From Desulfatiglandales bacterium (GTDB lineage Bacteria; Desulfobacterota; DSM-4660; Desulfatiglandales; HGW-15), in contig CAXXJJ010000001.1 of assembly GCA_963667015.2 (NCBI GenBank), positions 800,001 through 864,000 of the forward strand: DNA of 64,000 bases, read 5' to 3'. The translations under genes were made by a program, and so were the position numbers. Positions within the stretch are counted from its first letter, which is position 1; each line of letters starts with the position of its first letter. Of the stretch, positions 1 through 11,094 are shown piece after piece. The notes under the pieces were generated by a model. That model was given only the letters and a program-made list of their open reading frames with translations, made no database searches and was not told the DNA's origin.

Positions 1-608
1 GGCAGCCTTATTCTCTGCCCTGGAACTATGTTATTAAGGTCTTTGAGGTCGGGATTGAGTTTTCTCAACTGGTCCAGGTATTCGTTATACAGTTTATGCC
101 TGGGCACTGAATATTTGTCATTAATTACCTTAATAAGGCTGTCCCCCTTGCTCACGGTGTAATATTCGATGTTTTCAAGGTCGCTCAGGGAAACGGTTTC
201 GATTTCCGTAATATCTTCGGGTGGTTCTTTGTTTATTATCGGGGTTATAATCAGGGGAATGATAATCTTTTCACCGGGATGGATCATGTCGATATTTGTA
301 AGGGAGGGGTTCAGTTTTTTCAGGACGGAAAGTACTTCCCCCAGCTTGTTTTTACTGGTTAGATCCCTGTTCCTGAGTATCTTCCAGATATAATCTCCCT
401 CCTTTGTTGTATAGGCCTCGGTGAGTACCTTTTTATCCTCCACCTCAACTATTTCCTTCGCAACTTCAGCAGTTTGCACCAGATCTATGGAATATGTATC
501 TTCGTTTTCCTCTTCTGCGGTCGAGATGGGTGCCGCAATCAGACTAAACAGAATCGCGGCCATGGATATAGATACAGGGCAGTAATTTTTATGTATTCTA
601 ATTTTCAA
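1..608 (-). CDS. LysM-domain secreted protein (partial, runs off window start)
   Basis: Manual translation from TTG at 608 with GGAG upstream: signal-like N-terminus, then two LysM-like repeats (YTTKEGDYIWKIL...LNPSLTNIDMIHPGEKIIIP; YTVSKGDSLIKVI...LNPDLKDLNNIVPGQRIRLP). Confidence 0.75.
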   Translation of the reverse strand, partial: MKIRIHKNYCPVSISMAAILFSLIAAPISTAEEENEDTYSIDLVQTAEVAKEIVEVEDKKVLTEAYTTKEGDYIWKILRNRDLTSKNKLGEVLSVLKKLNPSLTNIDMIHPGEKIIIPLIITPIINKEPPEDITEIETVSLSDLENIEYYTVSKGDSLIKVINDKYSVPRHKLYNEYLDQLRKLNPDLKDLNNIVPGQRIRL

Positions 609-916
609 TTTGATCTCCGGAAGATAATTGGAACCTGTTCAATGCAACTAAAAAAGATATATAGCACTTATTGCATATAATGCCTGCTGAAATATATCAG
701 TCAAAACAGAAGTTTAATATATTTTTTGCATTCTAGATAGTTAATTTGAAATATGTCAACGTTTTTCTCAATTTAGATAAAAATAATACTATATATAGGC
801 AGTTAGATATTTTGTTGCACATTATGTTGTATTTTCTCCTTTACAATTAATCCTATTGATGATAATTTTTTCATCACCTTTTAAGGTCATATTTCCAGTC
901 ATTACAGGAGTCCCAC

Positions 917-3900
917 ATGAAAATAAAACGGCTCTCAATCATGGGCTTTAAATCCTTCAAGGATAAGGTCGATATCCCGTTTCCCGGCGGCATCAGTGCG
1001 GTTGTCGGGCCGAACGGCTGCGGGAAAAGTAATATCGTTGATGCCATCCGGTGGGCAATGGGAGAACAGAGCGCAAAACAGCTGCGCGGGCGCAATATGG
1101 AAGATATCATCTTCAGCGGCGCCGGCGATTTTAAACCTCTCGGAATGGCAGAGGTATCCCTTGTCTTTGAAAACGGCAACGGGTCCTTTCCCGCAGAATT
1201 CGCGAGCGAGCATGAGCTCTCGGTCACCAGGCGCCTGTTTCGTTCCGGAGAGAGTGAATACCTGCTCAATAATGTCCCCTGCAGGCTCAAGGATATCCAT
1301 GAGATATTTATGGATACCGGTCTCGGGAACAAGAGCTATTCAATTATAGGCCAGGGAAGGATCGGCTCCATTGTCGAGCAGAAGCCCGAAGAGACAAGGA
1401 TGATGATTGAAGAGGCCGCCGGTATAACAAGGTTTAAAAAGAAAGAGGCCGAGGCCCGCAGGAAGCTGGAACTCACAAAGGACAACCTGAACAGGGTTGA
1501 AGATATTCTGTCCGAGGTCCAGACACAGATGCGCTCTCTCAAGCGACAGGCCGGAAAGGCAATAAGATACAAGGCCATAGGCCAGGAGATCAGGAGGCTG
1601 GAGCTTGTTCTGAATTCCAACCTTTACAACGAGCTTATCGCGGCCTCTGGCGAAAATAAAAAATCCTCTGACGATCTTATCGAGAATGAGGTCACTCTCA
1701 CGACCACCCTTTCGTCATTACACGGTAAGATAGAAAGCATGAACCTTGAGCTTGATGAAAAGGATCAGATAATATCGAGGTTGAATAATACATACCAGGA
1801 GTTAAAGGAAGACTTTGCAAGAAAGGAATCCACCCTGGAATCCCTGGCAAAAGAGAAGGAGATGCAGGCAGGCCTGGAGGAAAGACATAACCGGGAGATA
1901 GAGGATATCAGGAGAAAGCTGGTTAGCCTCGGGGAAGAAAAGACACTGCTCGAAGAAAGGATTGAACAGCTCAGGGAGGATGCCCGGAAGAGCGAGGAGG
2001 AGGTCGCGGTTATTGAAGGCAGGATGAAGGGCCGCAAAGAGCTGCTTACCGAGATAAAGGAAGAGTATGAAGTTGCCCGCACCAGGGTAAATACCGGTGT
2101 GTCAAAGGAGGCAGGACTTGCCAAGGAACTGGATTATCTCAACAAGAGGATAACTGAGATAACTGACAGGAAGGCAAGGCTGGAAAACGAGAAAAAGGAC
2201 ATAGATGCCAACATCGAGACCCTTGTTGAAACCTCGGGAAAAAAGGGTGAACTAAGAGATGCCCTTTCCATCAAGCTGATCGACATAGAAAAGGATATCC
2301 AGGAAAAGGAAGAAAACAGCCAGGAGCTGGAGGCCATCAAGAGGACAGCGGAAAACGAACTTAAAACCGTTGATAATGAACTGAATATCACAAAGACCAG
2401 GCTTTCCAGCCTGAAGTCCTGGAATGAAAATTACGAGGGCTACCAGGTGGGCGTAAGAACCATAATGAAGGCCCAGGACCTTACTGCCAAAAATGAAGGC
2501 AGGGTACTTGGCCTTGTTGCGGATGTACTTCAGGTTGACAGCCGGTATGAACAGGCCGTGGAGGCGGTCCTGTCCGACAGGCTGCAGTATATACTGGTTG
2601 AGAACCAGGATGACGGCAAGGATGCGGTCAGGTATCTGAAGGAAAAGGCAAGGGGCAGGGGAAGCTTTATTTCTGTAAGTGATGTAAACGGGAATAACAA
2701 CGGCCATGCCCATCCCGGATTCCCCCTGCTCAAGGACCTTATTACCGTATCAGAAAAATACAAACCCATGGTAGATGCCCTTATGGGTGATATTGCCCTT
2801 GCCGAGAACCTTGATCAGGCGGTCAATGCCTGGAGAAGCAACGGTCGGAATACCGCCCTTGTTACGCCTGAAGGGGACCTGGTTGACAGAAACGGCATTA
2901 TCAGCGGCGGTAAACTGGGTTCTAACGGCCTCCTGGCCAAAAAAAGGGAGATAAGCGAGCTCGAAGAAAAGGTGACCGCATTAAGCCGGAAGGTTGCCGA
3001 AACAAACGATCGCCTGGAAGGGATAATCATTGAAGAGGAAGAAATGAAGGTCAGCCTCTCCAGGCTGAGGGAAGAAAAAGGTAAATGCCAGGATGAAATG
3101 AATGAGCTGGACAAGGTTATCTTCCAGCTGAGCAATAAACTGGACCAGTTTGAAAGGCTCTCCGAGAGACTTGCAAAGGAACTCGAAGAAAGGCTGACAG
3201 AAGAGGCAAGGCATAACGATGCCCTTAACAGGAACAGGAGCGAACTGCTGCAGTGCGAGGAGAAAAAGCAGAAGGAAGAGGAATTCCTGCTCCAGAAAAA
3301 GAGAGAGCTCGATGAATGCGAAAGGGAGTTTGATGAGATCCGGGAAGAACTTGAAACAGTAAAGATGAAATACCGTGTCTCAATGGAAGAGAGCAAGGGA
3401 CTTGTACGTGAAATCGAGAGAATCGACAACTACTATGATGAGTCCCAGGACAAGCTTGACAGGATAGCCGGGGATATCAAGGAGTGCCAGGCAAAGCAGA
3501 GACATTTTGCCGAGAGGGAAGAGGTCCTCAGGGAAAACATCAGCAAGTACTATGAAAAACTCAGGGATGCCAAGGAAATGGTGGATGACGCTCAGCAGGA
3601 GAGGAACCTCTTCCATGCAGAGATCCGTGAGAATGAAAGGAAGCTGGAGAACATCAGGGAAGAACTGAATTTTCTCAAGGAAAAGATCAGTATCACCAGG
3701 ATGGAGCAGTCAAAGATAGAGGTAAGGATAGAGACCCTGGTGGAGCAGGTAAGGGAGAAGTCAAACCTGAACCTCACCGAGATATACAGGGAATACCTTG
3801 CCGAAGAATATGATGAGCAGGAAACCAGGCATGAGCTGGAACGCCAGAAGGAACAGCGTGAAAAGCTAGGAGAGGTAAACCTCATGGCAATCCAGGAACA

Positions 3901-4474
3901 CGAGGCCCAGACCGAACGCTATGAGTTTATACTGAAGCAGAAGGAGGACCTTGTGACCTCGATCGAGTCCATCATGCAGGCCATCCGGAAGATCAACAGG
4001 ACATGCCTTGAACGGTTTACGAGCACATTTGCCGATGTTAACAACCAGCTGCAGAATGTGTTCCCGATCCTTTTTAACGGGGGCCAGGCCAGCCTGAAGC
4101 TTACGGATGAATCCAATCCGCTGGAGAGCGGTATCCTCGTAGAGGTTCGTCCCCCGGGCAAAAAGGTGAGTCACATGGGGCTGCTTTCAGGCGGGGAAAA
4201 GGCCCTTGTTGCAATGGCCCTGCTGTTTGCCATATACCTGATTAAGCCAAGCCCCTTCTGCCTCCTGGACGAGGTAGACGCACCCCTTGATGAGGCAAAT
4301 GTGGACAGGTTCAATGATCTCTTAAAGGAGATAAAGAAGTACTCACAGGTACTTATGATTACCCATAACCGGCGCTCGATGGAAATCGTGGACAGCCTTT
4401 TCGGCGTCACCATGGAAAACGCCGGTGTCTCCAAGATGGTAGCCGTTAACCTCAACGGAAATATCAATAATTAA
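917..4474 (+). CDS. smc: Chromosome segregation protein SMC
   Basis: 1185 aa; Walker A GPNGCGKSN, long coiled coils, central hinge, LSGGEK signature, LLDEVDAPLD Walker B/D-loop. Confidence 0.97.
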   Translation: MKIKRLSIMGFKSFKDKVDIPFPGGISAVVGPNGCGKSNIVDAIRWAMGEQSAKQLRGRNMEDIIFSGAGDFKPLGMAEVSLVFENGNGSFPAEFASEHELSVTRRLFRSGESEYLLNNVPCRLKDIHEIFMDTGLGNKSYSIIGQGRIGSIVEQKPEETRMMIEEAAGITRFKKKEAEARRKLELTKDNLNRVEDILSEVQTQMRSLKRQAGKAIRYKAIGQEIRRLELVLNSNLYNELIAASGENKKSSDDLIENEVTLTTTLSSLHGKIESMNLELDEKDQIISRLNNTYQELKEDFARKESTLESLAKEKEMQAGLEERHNREIEDIRRKLVSLGEEKTLLEERIEQLREDARKSEEEVAVIEGRMKGRKELLTEIKEEYEVARTRVNTGVSKEAGLAKELDYLNKRITEITDRKARLENEKKDIDANIETLVETSGKKGELRDALSIKLIDIEKDIQEKEENSQELEAIKRTAENELKTVDNELNITKTRLSSLKSWNENYEGYQVGVRTIMKAQDLTAKNEGRVLGLVADVLQVDSRYEQAVEAVLSDRLQYILVENQDDGKDAVRYLKEKARGRGSFISVSDVNGNNNGHAHPGFPLLKDLITVSEKYKPMVDALMGDIALAENLDQAVNAWRSNGRNTALVTPEGDLVDRNGIISGGKLGSNGLLAKKREISELEEKVTALSRKVAETNDRLEGIIIEEEEMKVSLSRLREEKGKCQDEMNELDKVIFQLSNKLDQFERLSERLAKELEERLTEEARHNDALNRNRSELLQCEEKKQKEEEFLLQKKRELDECEREFDEIREELETVKMKYRVSMEESKGLVREIERIDNYYDESQDKLDRIAGDIKECQAKQRHFAEREEVLRENISKYYEKLRDAKEMVDDAQQERNLFHAEIRENERKLENIREELNFLKEKISITRMEQSKIEVRIETLVEQVREKSNLNLTEIYREYLAEEYDEQETRHELERQKEQREKLGEVNLMAIQEHEAQTERYEFILKQKEDLVTSIESIMQAIRKINRTCLERFTSTFADVNNQLQNVFPILFNGGQASLKLTDESNPLESGILVEVRPPGKKVSHMGLLSGGEKALVAMALLFAIYLIKPSPFCLLDEVDAPLDEANVDRFNDLLKEIKKYSQVLMITHNRRSMEIVDSLFGVTMENAGVSKMVAVNLNGNINN

Positions 4475-4522
4475 AAAACAAACAGGCAGTCATGCGTTAT
4501 TGCATGGCTGCCTGTTTGTTTT
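4475..4522 (+). terminator. Intrinsic terminator after smc
   Basis: AAACAAACAGGCAGTCATGC / GCATGGCTGCCTGTTTGTTT stem immediately after the stop codon. Confidence 0.75.
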
Positions 4523-5073
4523 ATGGAATAATTCAAAATTCAAGATTAGTTTTTGTCTTCAGCCTTCAGATTGGCAACTAATAAGCTGTCTTTTAACGAA
4601 TATCATTTCAGGCGATCTTTGCGCCCATTCCTTTCATCATATTAATTGTCATATTTATCCCTGTCTTTTTTCTTCTTCATCTTTTTCATCGGCATTCGGG
4701 AGAAAAACAAGACAAAAAAAATATATTTATTTTTTATAAAAATCTTGACCGGGCAGCCGGAGTATAATAATTAATAGTTCATAACTGGAAATAAAACAAT
4801 TCAAGGTGCAAAATTAGTTAATACAGATTGCGCTGGCCAACACAGCCCTGGATATAACAGCGGCCCGGAAAGCCTTAATCCCTTTTAATAATTGATCATT
4901 GATTATTGTTTTTTACCCATTAAAAAAGATCTTAAAACCGGATTTTTATTTAAATAAATCAATCTATGTGCCGATATGAATATCACATACATTTTAGTTC
5001 AATATCCCATTTTTTATCATGGATAAAATCCGGAAAACCCTGAAAAAAATCTAAAACGCAAGAAGGAATAACA

Positions 5074-5235
5074 GTGGAAGAAGGAAAACGAAGAGATTTA
5101 GAAGAACAGCTTAAAAAAATGATTGATAATTCCAACCAGCAGAAAGACAGAAAAGAGCAGCGTAAAACCAGAACCGGAACAGGTAATGTGATTCGCCGCA
5201 GGGCCGGTGAAAAAGACAAACGATTTTCTGCCTAA
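5074..5235 (+). CDS. Small basic hypothetical protein (53 aa)
   Basis: AAGGA RBS, GTG start, VEEGKRRDLEEQLKKMIDNS...GNVIRRRAGEKDKRFSA. Confidence 0.5.
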   Translation: MEEGKRRDLEEQLKKMIDNSNQQKDRKEQRKTRTGTGNVIRRRAGEKDKRFSA

Positions 5236-5838
5236 AATCTCAAGGCAACCCCGTAATCATTCAGATAGAATCTCCCCTCTGCAAAGGCACCCGGTAAACA
5301 GGGACCTCTTCGGGCAATGGAGAACTGTTTCCGGTTTTAAATAAGGTTCATGGTTTATGCCTTACCCTGTCAGGCTCTTATCATTAATGCATTAGATCAC
5401 GATTTTAATTTATCCTGGACATTAATGATTCAAAATCAGGTTTTGCTAACAGCCTTCCGCCTTCAGCAACTAATAAGCTGTCTTTTAACCGCAAATCATA
5501 AAATATGAACCGGAAACCGACCTTCCTGGTGATCCCGAATAATCGGTTTGACACAGGTATGTCTTAATAGTATTTCTTATTATCATACCAGTATGGTGAC
5601 TTACCCGGAAATGTATCCCTCAAAAAAGGTGAGGCGAATATGTCCGGAGCGTGTGTAATAAATGTAACCCGGTTTAAATCAGTAGATAAAGGAAGCATAA
5701 TGGAGAAACACCCTTAACAGGAAAAAAATGATTGAGGTTATGGACGGAATTAGACTTGTCATAAATATACAGTAAACATTGGATATTATTGACTGATAAT
5801 TGATCATTGTTAACGGCTAACTTAAAACCGGGGGTGAT

Positions 5839-7281
5839 ATGAGCTCAGGAAAAAAAAGAACCGGATTGCTGGCGCAGGTGGGGGCCTTTCCACAGGCATA
5901 CTGGATGCTCAATACCATGGAGATGCTGGAAAGGCTTGCATATTATGGTGTAAGAGTCGTTATCCCAATTTACATCGCCCAGGCGGATGAGGTTAACGGG
6001 CTGCATTTCACCCAGATTCAGAAGGGTGAGATCTTCATGTGGTGGGCTGTTGTGCAGAGCCTTGTGCCTATGTTTTCCGGGGGATTTGCAGACAGGTACG
6101 GTTATAAAAAGACAATTGCCTTTTCAATAATCTTCAAGGCCCTCGGTTATATCCTGATGGCAACACAGACGTCCTATTACCCCTTTCTCATGGGAGCAGT
6201 TACACTGGCTTTTGGCACGGCCATATTCAAGCCCGGAATCCAGGGAGCAATGGTTCAGACCCTTGATGTAAGGCATTCGTCGGTAGGCTGGGGAATGTTC
6301 TATATGATTGTCAATATCGGCGGATTTTTAGGCCCGCCCCTTGCCCATTTCCTCTACGGTATTTCATGGCCTGCCGTATTCTTCGGATGCGCCGTTATCG
6401 TGTGCCTTAATTTCTTTGTCCTTCTCACCTACAAAGAGATCCCCGCAGGCGGGATACAGACCATGGGGCCGCTTGATATCATGAAGAAGACCTTCAGGAA
6501 TGTGATGAAACCAAGGCTCGGGCTTTTTATCATTATCATGTCCGGTTTCTGGCTGATGTTCAATCAGCTGTTCGACATGCTTCCAAATTTTATAGTCGAC
6601 TGGGTGGATACATCCAGCCTTGTGGCGCAGTTCCATTTGCCGGGCTGGATGACGGTTGAAACCGAGCGCGGGACAATGATCACACAGGAATGGATGATCA
6701 ATGCCAACTCAGGCCTCATTATTATCGCTGTCGTATTCATATCCTGGCTTGTTTCCCGCATGCGCCGGGTGACATCAATCTTTTTAGGGATTGCCGTCTG
6801 TTCCATAGGGCTTGTGGCGGCTGGATTCACCATGAACGGGATATACGTTATTTTAGGTATCCTTATGTTTTCAGTAGGCGAGATGCTGGCCTCACCCAAA
6901 ATGAATGAATACCTGGGGGTCATCGCACCTCCCGGAGAAAAGGGGCTGTATATGGGTTATGCGAATATCCCACTGGCAGTAGGCTGGGGTTACGGGTCGG
7001 TCATGGGCGGTAAGATTTATGACCAGATGGGCGACAAGGCAAACCTGGCGATTCGTTACATGCAGGAGCAGCTGAATGTCGTGGGCGAAATCCCGAGGAA
7101 TGAGGCCTTTACAAAACTCATGGAAGTGACCGGAAAAAATGCGGTTGATGCTACGAACCTGCTCTGGAGTGCATATCATCCCTATGAATTGTGGTACCAG
7201 TTTGCCGCCATAGGAATTGTATCCGCAATCGGTATATTCATATACTCACAGGTCGTGAAAAAGAGTGAAGGGAAGATTTGA
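5839..7281 (+). CDS. MFS transporter, POT/PTR-like peptide transporter
   Basis: EMLERLAYYG (ExxER-like) motif, GGFADRYGYKK loop, about 12 hydrophobic segments. Confidence 0.85.
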   Translation: MSSGKKRTGLLAQVGAFPQAYWMLNTMEMLERLAYYGVRVVIPIYIAQADEVNGLHFTQIQKGEIFMWWAVVQSLVPMFSGGFADRYGYKKTIAFSIIFKALGYILMATQTSYYPFLMGAVTLAFGTAIFKPGIQGAMVQTLDVRHSSVGWGMFYMIVNIGGFLGPPLAHFLYGISWPAVFFGCAVIVCLNFFVLLTYKEIPAGGIQTMGPLDIMKKTFRNVMKPRLGLFIIIMSGFWLMFNQLFDMLPNFIVDWVDTSSLVAQFHLPGWMTVETERGTMITQEWMINANSGLIIIAVVFISWLVSRMRRVTSIFLGIAVCSIGLVAAGFTMNGIYVILGILMFSVGEMLASPKMNEYLGVIAPPGEKGLYMGYANIPLAVGWGYGSVMGGKIYDQMGDKANLAIRYMQEQLNVVGEIPRNEAFTKLMEVTGKNAVDATNLLWSAYHPYELWYQFAAIGIVSAIGIFIYSQVVKKSEGKI

Positions 7282-7297
7282 GACGAAAGGAGTCACC

Positions 7298-8287
7298 ATG
7301 CTGACAAAGAGACAGAATTTTTTAGAAACTATCAACGGCGGAAATCCTGACAGGTTTGTAAAGCAGTACGAACCATTTGGTTTTATCTTTGCAAACCCTG
7401 TTTCAACGGCTTACCCTTATCCAAAACCAGGTGGTCCGGAGATCGTAAACGGGTGGGGGGTTACCATAAGATTCCAGGAAAACACACCCGGGCCCTTTCC
7501 CGTGCATGATGATGAACACAGGGTGGTAAAGGATATCACAAAATGGAAAGAGACGGCAAAGGCGCCTAACCTTGACTATCCTCAGGAGGCATGGGATCAG
7601 TTTAAACCTCCTGCAGAGGCAATCGACCGCAATGAACTCTTTGCAACCTGCCTTATTGCGCCGGGTGTATTTGAACAGCTTCATTACCTGATGGGCATGG
7701 AAGACTGCCTGATAAATTTCTACCAGGAACCGGAGGCAGTGAAGGAGCTCATCAATTACATAACGCAGTATGAACTCGATTACGCAAAACTGCTCTGTGA
7801 TAATTTCCATCCTGATGCGCTTCTGCACCATGACGATTGGGGCAGCCATCGTTCATCATTCCTGTCTCCGCAGATGTTTGAAGAGTTTATTGTCCCGGCA
7901 TACAAAAAGATATACGGGTTCTACAAGGCAAACGGTGTAGAGATAATTGTTCACCACAGCGATTCATATGCCGCAAACCTTGTCCCGTACATGATAGATA
8001 TGGGCATAGACGTGTTCCAGGGATGCGTTACAACAAATAATGTTCCGGAGCTGGTGAGGGAATACGGCGGAAGGATCTCCTTCATGGGGGATATAGACAA
8101 CGGCGTGGTGGACTGTGCAGGCTGGACACAGGAACTTATCGCAGGGGAGGTAAGGAGGGCATGCGAAACCAACGGCAAACTGTACTTTATCCCGTGTCTT
8201 GCAGCAGGGGGCCCGGGCAGCACATTTCCCGGGGTTTATGATGCAGTAAGCGCAGAAATAGATAAGATGAGCAATGAGTTGTTTTAA
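7298..8287 (+). CDS. Uroporphyrinogen decarboxylase-family (MtaA/CmuA-like corrinoid methyltransferase) protein
   Basis: HHDDWGS...FLSPQMFEEFIVPAYKKI, VHHSDS, SFMGDID motifs; ATG with AAGGAG RBS. Confidence 0.8.
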   Translation: MLTKRQNFLETINGGNPDRFVKQYEPFGFIFANPVSTAYPYPKPGGPEIVNGWGVTIRFQENTPGPFPVHDDEHRVVKDITKWKETAKAPNLDYPQEAWDQFKPPAEAIDRNELFATCLIAPGVFEQLHYLMGMEDCLINFYQEPEAVKELINYITQYELDYAKLLCDNFHPDALLHHDDWGSHRSSFLSPQMFEEFIVPAYKKIYGFYKANGVEIIVHHSDSYAANLVPYMIDMGIDVFQGCVTTNNVPELVREYGGRISFMGDIDNGVVDCAGWTQELIAGEVRRACETNGKLYFIPCLAAGGPGSTFPGVYDAVSAEIDKMSNELF

Positions 8288-8369
8288 CCTTGAATCTTGA
8301 ATATTGAATTCATTTTCACTAACAGCCGGACAGCATTATCCGGCACCAAATACAGAAAGGGGTAACAAA

Positions 8370-8960
8370 ATGAAAAAAACAGATACATACAAAAAATTCA
8401 AACTGATCGCTATCCTGGCTCTCCTGGGGCTTATGACTGCCTGCTCCCAGGCACCTCAACAGACAACACCGCCCGAGCTGACACAGCTTATGGAGCGCAT
8501 CGCAATCGAGGATCTCTTTATCGATTACTATGCCCAGTTCAGGCCGGACAGCAAGCATGATTTTAAGGCCTTCTTTACTGAAGACGGCAGGCTAGAGGTT
8601 AACGGCCTGGTCTATGACGGCCTGGAAGAGATCAAGGCCATATATGGTCAGCTCAATGCCGATGACGATGAGGAAACAGAGCCGAAGGCTGAAAATGCCG
8701 TACCTGAGGGTGTCTCAGAGATGATGCTGACAAACATGAAGATCGATGTGCAGGGTGACACTGCTGTTGCAACATTTCTCTGGCACAGCATCAAGGCAGA
8801 TCTGCTGACAACACAGGGTAAGATTACAGAGTACGGTCGTGAAAGGACCGAACTGGTCAAGAAGGACGGGCGCTGGCTCATCAAAAACCGTGTGGTTTTA
8901 ACAGAAGGGGGTATGCCCGAGGCGCTCCTGCCAACCTATCCGAAAAAAAAGGTTCTATAA
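8370..8960 (+). CDS. SnoaL/NTF2-like lipoprotein
   Basis: Lipobox LMTAC; ERIAIEDLFIDYY...FTEDG...ELVKKDGRWLIKNR pattern. Confidence 0.75.
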   Translation: MKKTDTYKKFKLIAILALLGLMTACSQAPQQTTPPELTQLMERIAIEDLFIDYYAQFRPDSKHDFKAFFTEDGRLEVNGLVYDGLEEIKAIYGQLNADDDEETEPKAENAVPEGVSEMMLTNMKIDVQGDTAVATFLWHSIKADLLTTQGKITEYGRERTELVKKDGRWLIKNRVVLTEGGMPEALLPTYPKKKVL

Positions 8961-8966
8961 TCTTTA

Positions 8967-9012
8967 CCCTGTTAAACTCTGGCTTAAGGCCTTCAGTGGG
9001 GGTTTAACAGGG
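8967..9012. repeat. CCCTGTTAAA...TTTAACAGGG palindromic element
   Basis: Same terminal inverted repeat as at 17613, 30442, 31677, 40134, 56549, 58401, 59427. Confidence 0.75.
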
Positions 9013-9100
9013 TGAATTTTAAATTGATAACTGAAAATATATCATCGTGCCGTGCGCAGGGTGTCATCTCTAAACTGCAGGGAGAGATCCTGCTTTCAGG

Positions 9101-9128
9101 GTAGGGGCACGACGCATCGTGCCCTTAC
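9101..9128. repeat. GTAG-type REP palindrome
   Basis: GTAGGGGCACGA-CGCA-TCGTGCCCTTAC between convergent genes. Confidence 0.7.
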
Positions 9129-9177
9129 AGTAAAAACGTCGAAATTGACATATAGGCATTACATCGGTGACAGGATA

Positions 9178-10329
9178 CTATGGCCATCTATTCGGCTTAA
9201 GCTGCAGTAGAAAATCCTTAACCGGCCAGCAGGTTATTCCATCTATAGCCAGTTTCTCTGTACCACGATAAAGAAGTATCGCACTGGACTCGGGATAATC
9301 CACCAGGAATGTTTTTAGCGATCTCAGGCTCTGGGGATGTATCTGCATACTGTTTTTTACCTCAATTGCATGGAAGTTGTTTTCACCATACAGGATAAAA
9401 TCGACCTCAGAGCCGCCTCTTGTCCTCCAGAAATAGCAGTTCACCTGATCATCAGTATAGTCACACCATGCCTTTAGATGTTGAAGCACCAGACCTTCCA
9501 GAGCGATACCTCCTGTTTCATCAGGACTGTCAAGAGGTCCCCTGGGCCGCAGGTGATAATAGACTCCTGCGTCAAACAAATAAAATTTTTCCTGTGCAGT
9601 CATTGCACGTTTAGCCCGTTTATTAAAAACAGGTATTTTATATCCAACTAAAAGATCTTCAATAATGGACATGTAGTTTTCAACCACCTTTCGTGATACC
9701 TGGCATTCCCTGGCAATATTGCTAAGGTTTAAAATGCTGCCATGAGAAAAACTGACAGTCTCCAGAAATCGGGCGAACGCTCCGATATCTCTTACCAATC
9801 CTTCTTCTTTTACTTCCTCCTTGAGGTAAAGGGTAATATAGGCATCCAGTGTCTTGCCCGGTGTTTCCGAAGATACGACTAACGGGATAAGCCCGTATTT
9901 AAGTGCTGTATCAAGTGAAAAGTTCTCATTCAACTCAGAGGCAATGAAAGGATGAAAATGATTCAACAAGGCACGACCGGCAAGCAGGTTAACTCCCCCG
10001 CGGCGAAGTTTACGGGCACTGGAGCCGGTCAGAATAAACTGATGTGTTTTGTATTTCTCGATCAGGCTATGGACAGTGTCAAGTAATGCCGGCGCTTTTT
10101 GTACTTCGTCTATGATATAACACCTTGTATCAGGATTTGCCTCTACTACCTGCTTTATTCTCTCCGGATGTGCAATATATTCTCTAAAGGTCTTCTCATC
10201 CAGCAGATCAATGAGGTACGCATCCTGAAAATTTTTTTTAAGCCATGTAGACTTGCCCGTTCCTCTTGGGCCGAATATAAAGAAGCTGCCGCCGGGTGAA
10301 TTAAAAAATCTTTTTGTATATTTTTCCAT
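9178..10329 (-). CDS. AAA_14 ATPase with DUF4143 domain
   Basis: GPRGTGKST, IIDEVQK, LTGSSA, KFYLFDAG, FWRTRGGSEVDFI...AIEVK. Confidence 0.9.
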   Translation of the reverse strand: MEKYTKRFFNSPGGSFFIFGPRGTGKSTWLKKNFQDAYLIDLLDEKTFREYIAHPERIKQVVEANPDTRCYIIDEVQKAPALLDTVHSLIEKYKTHQFILTGSSARKLRRGGVNLLAGRALLNHFHPFIASELNENFSLDTALKYGLIPLVVSSETPGKTLDAYITLYLKEEVKEEGLVRDIGAFARFLETVSFSHGSILNLSNIARECQVSRKVVENYMSIIEDLLVGYKIPVFNKRAKRAMTAQEKFYLFDAGVYYHLRPRGPLDSPDETGGIALEGLVLQHLKAWCDYTDDQVNCYFWRTRGGSEVDFILYGENNFHAIEVKNSMQIHPQSLRSLKTFLVDYPESSAILLYRGTEKLAIDGITCWPVKDFLLQLKPNRWP

Positions 10330-10590
10330 TTAAATTTCTCCAAAAATATATCGCAATATTTACCTTTAAGGTTAAATTTGCGACCTAATTTTATCCTGTC
10401 AGGTTATTTTTGCAACATTTTTTTAACATCCTCCAGCAACAGACAGCAAACCATCCACTGCAAACGCTTGTTTTTTAAATAAGAGTTTGCTAAAAAATCC
10501 TACCAGAAAGAGAGGAAAAGTCGGCCTTTTAAAAAAGACTTCACCCGATTAAATCCTTAATATTATTCTCTTCCCGCACCGGAGACCGTA

Positions 10591-11010
10591 ATGAAAAGAT
10601 ATTTTATCATCATCCCTATACTGGTCCTGTTTTCCTGCACTGTCTTTGCCGCGCAAAAGAAGAGAGGCCTTTCGGACAGCGAAATATCCGGACTGCTGAC
10701 AAGCAAATGGCGGGTAATGCTGAGTGAGGACAATACAAAGCTGGATGCGGTAAATGAATACCGGTCCGATGGAACCATGGTCCAGGAAGGCAGATTGACA
10801 GTCTCCGGCAAACGAATGAATATACATATTGAATCAACATGGAAGGTTGAAAAGGGCAAACTGATATCTACACTGGTATCCATAAGTCCCCGGGGCATAC
10901 TTCCGGCAGGTTTAACAACAACTGATACGGTAATTTCGATCGATAAAACGGAGTATGTTTTCCGGGATGACAAAACAGGTAAACGGCAGACCTACTACCG
11001 AATGAAATAA
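10591..11010 (+). CDS. Secreted hypothetical protein
   Basis: GGAG RBS, signal peptide ending VFA, 139 aa. Confidence 0.6.
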   Translation: MKRYFIIIPILVLFSCTVFAAQKKRGLSDSEISGLLTSKWRVMLSEDNTKLDAVNEYRSDGTMVQEGRLTVSGKRMNIHIESTWKVEKGKLISTLVSISPRGILPAGLTTTDTVISIDKTEYVFRDDKTGKRQTYYRMK

Positions 11011-11094
11011 CATGCTGCTAATCCTGAACCAGGAACCGTTTTAAAATCTTTAATCTTGAATTTTGAATCTATATTCATTCTGTCAGGAGAGCAG

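Noticed and set aside
874..4467. Numerous antisense and alternative-frame ORFs in the ORF track (here and under other long genes)
   Set aside because: Shadow ORFs fully overlapping well-supported genes, with no motifs.
917..4474. smc as part of a Wadjet-like system, or linked to the island ParB
   Set aside because: Canonical housekeeping SMC followed by a terminator, with no jet genes, more than 40 kb from the island and of different base composition.
5240..5335. Possible riboswitch or ncRNA (GC-richer stretch with GCAAAGGC)
   Set aside because: No convincing match to a riboswitch consensus by eye; an Rfam scan would be needed.
4574..5489. 24-bp direct repeat GCAACTAATAAGCTGTCTTTTAAC at 4574 and 5466 as att sites
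   Set aside because: No recombinase in or near the interval; both copies adjoin CAGCCTT-type 7-mer repeats and look like dispersed repeat debris.
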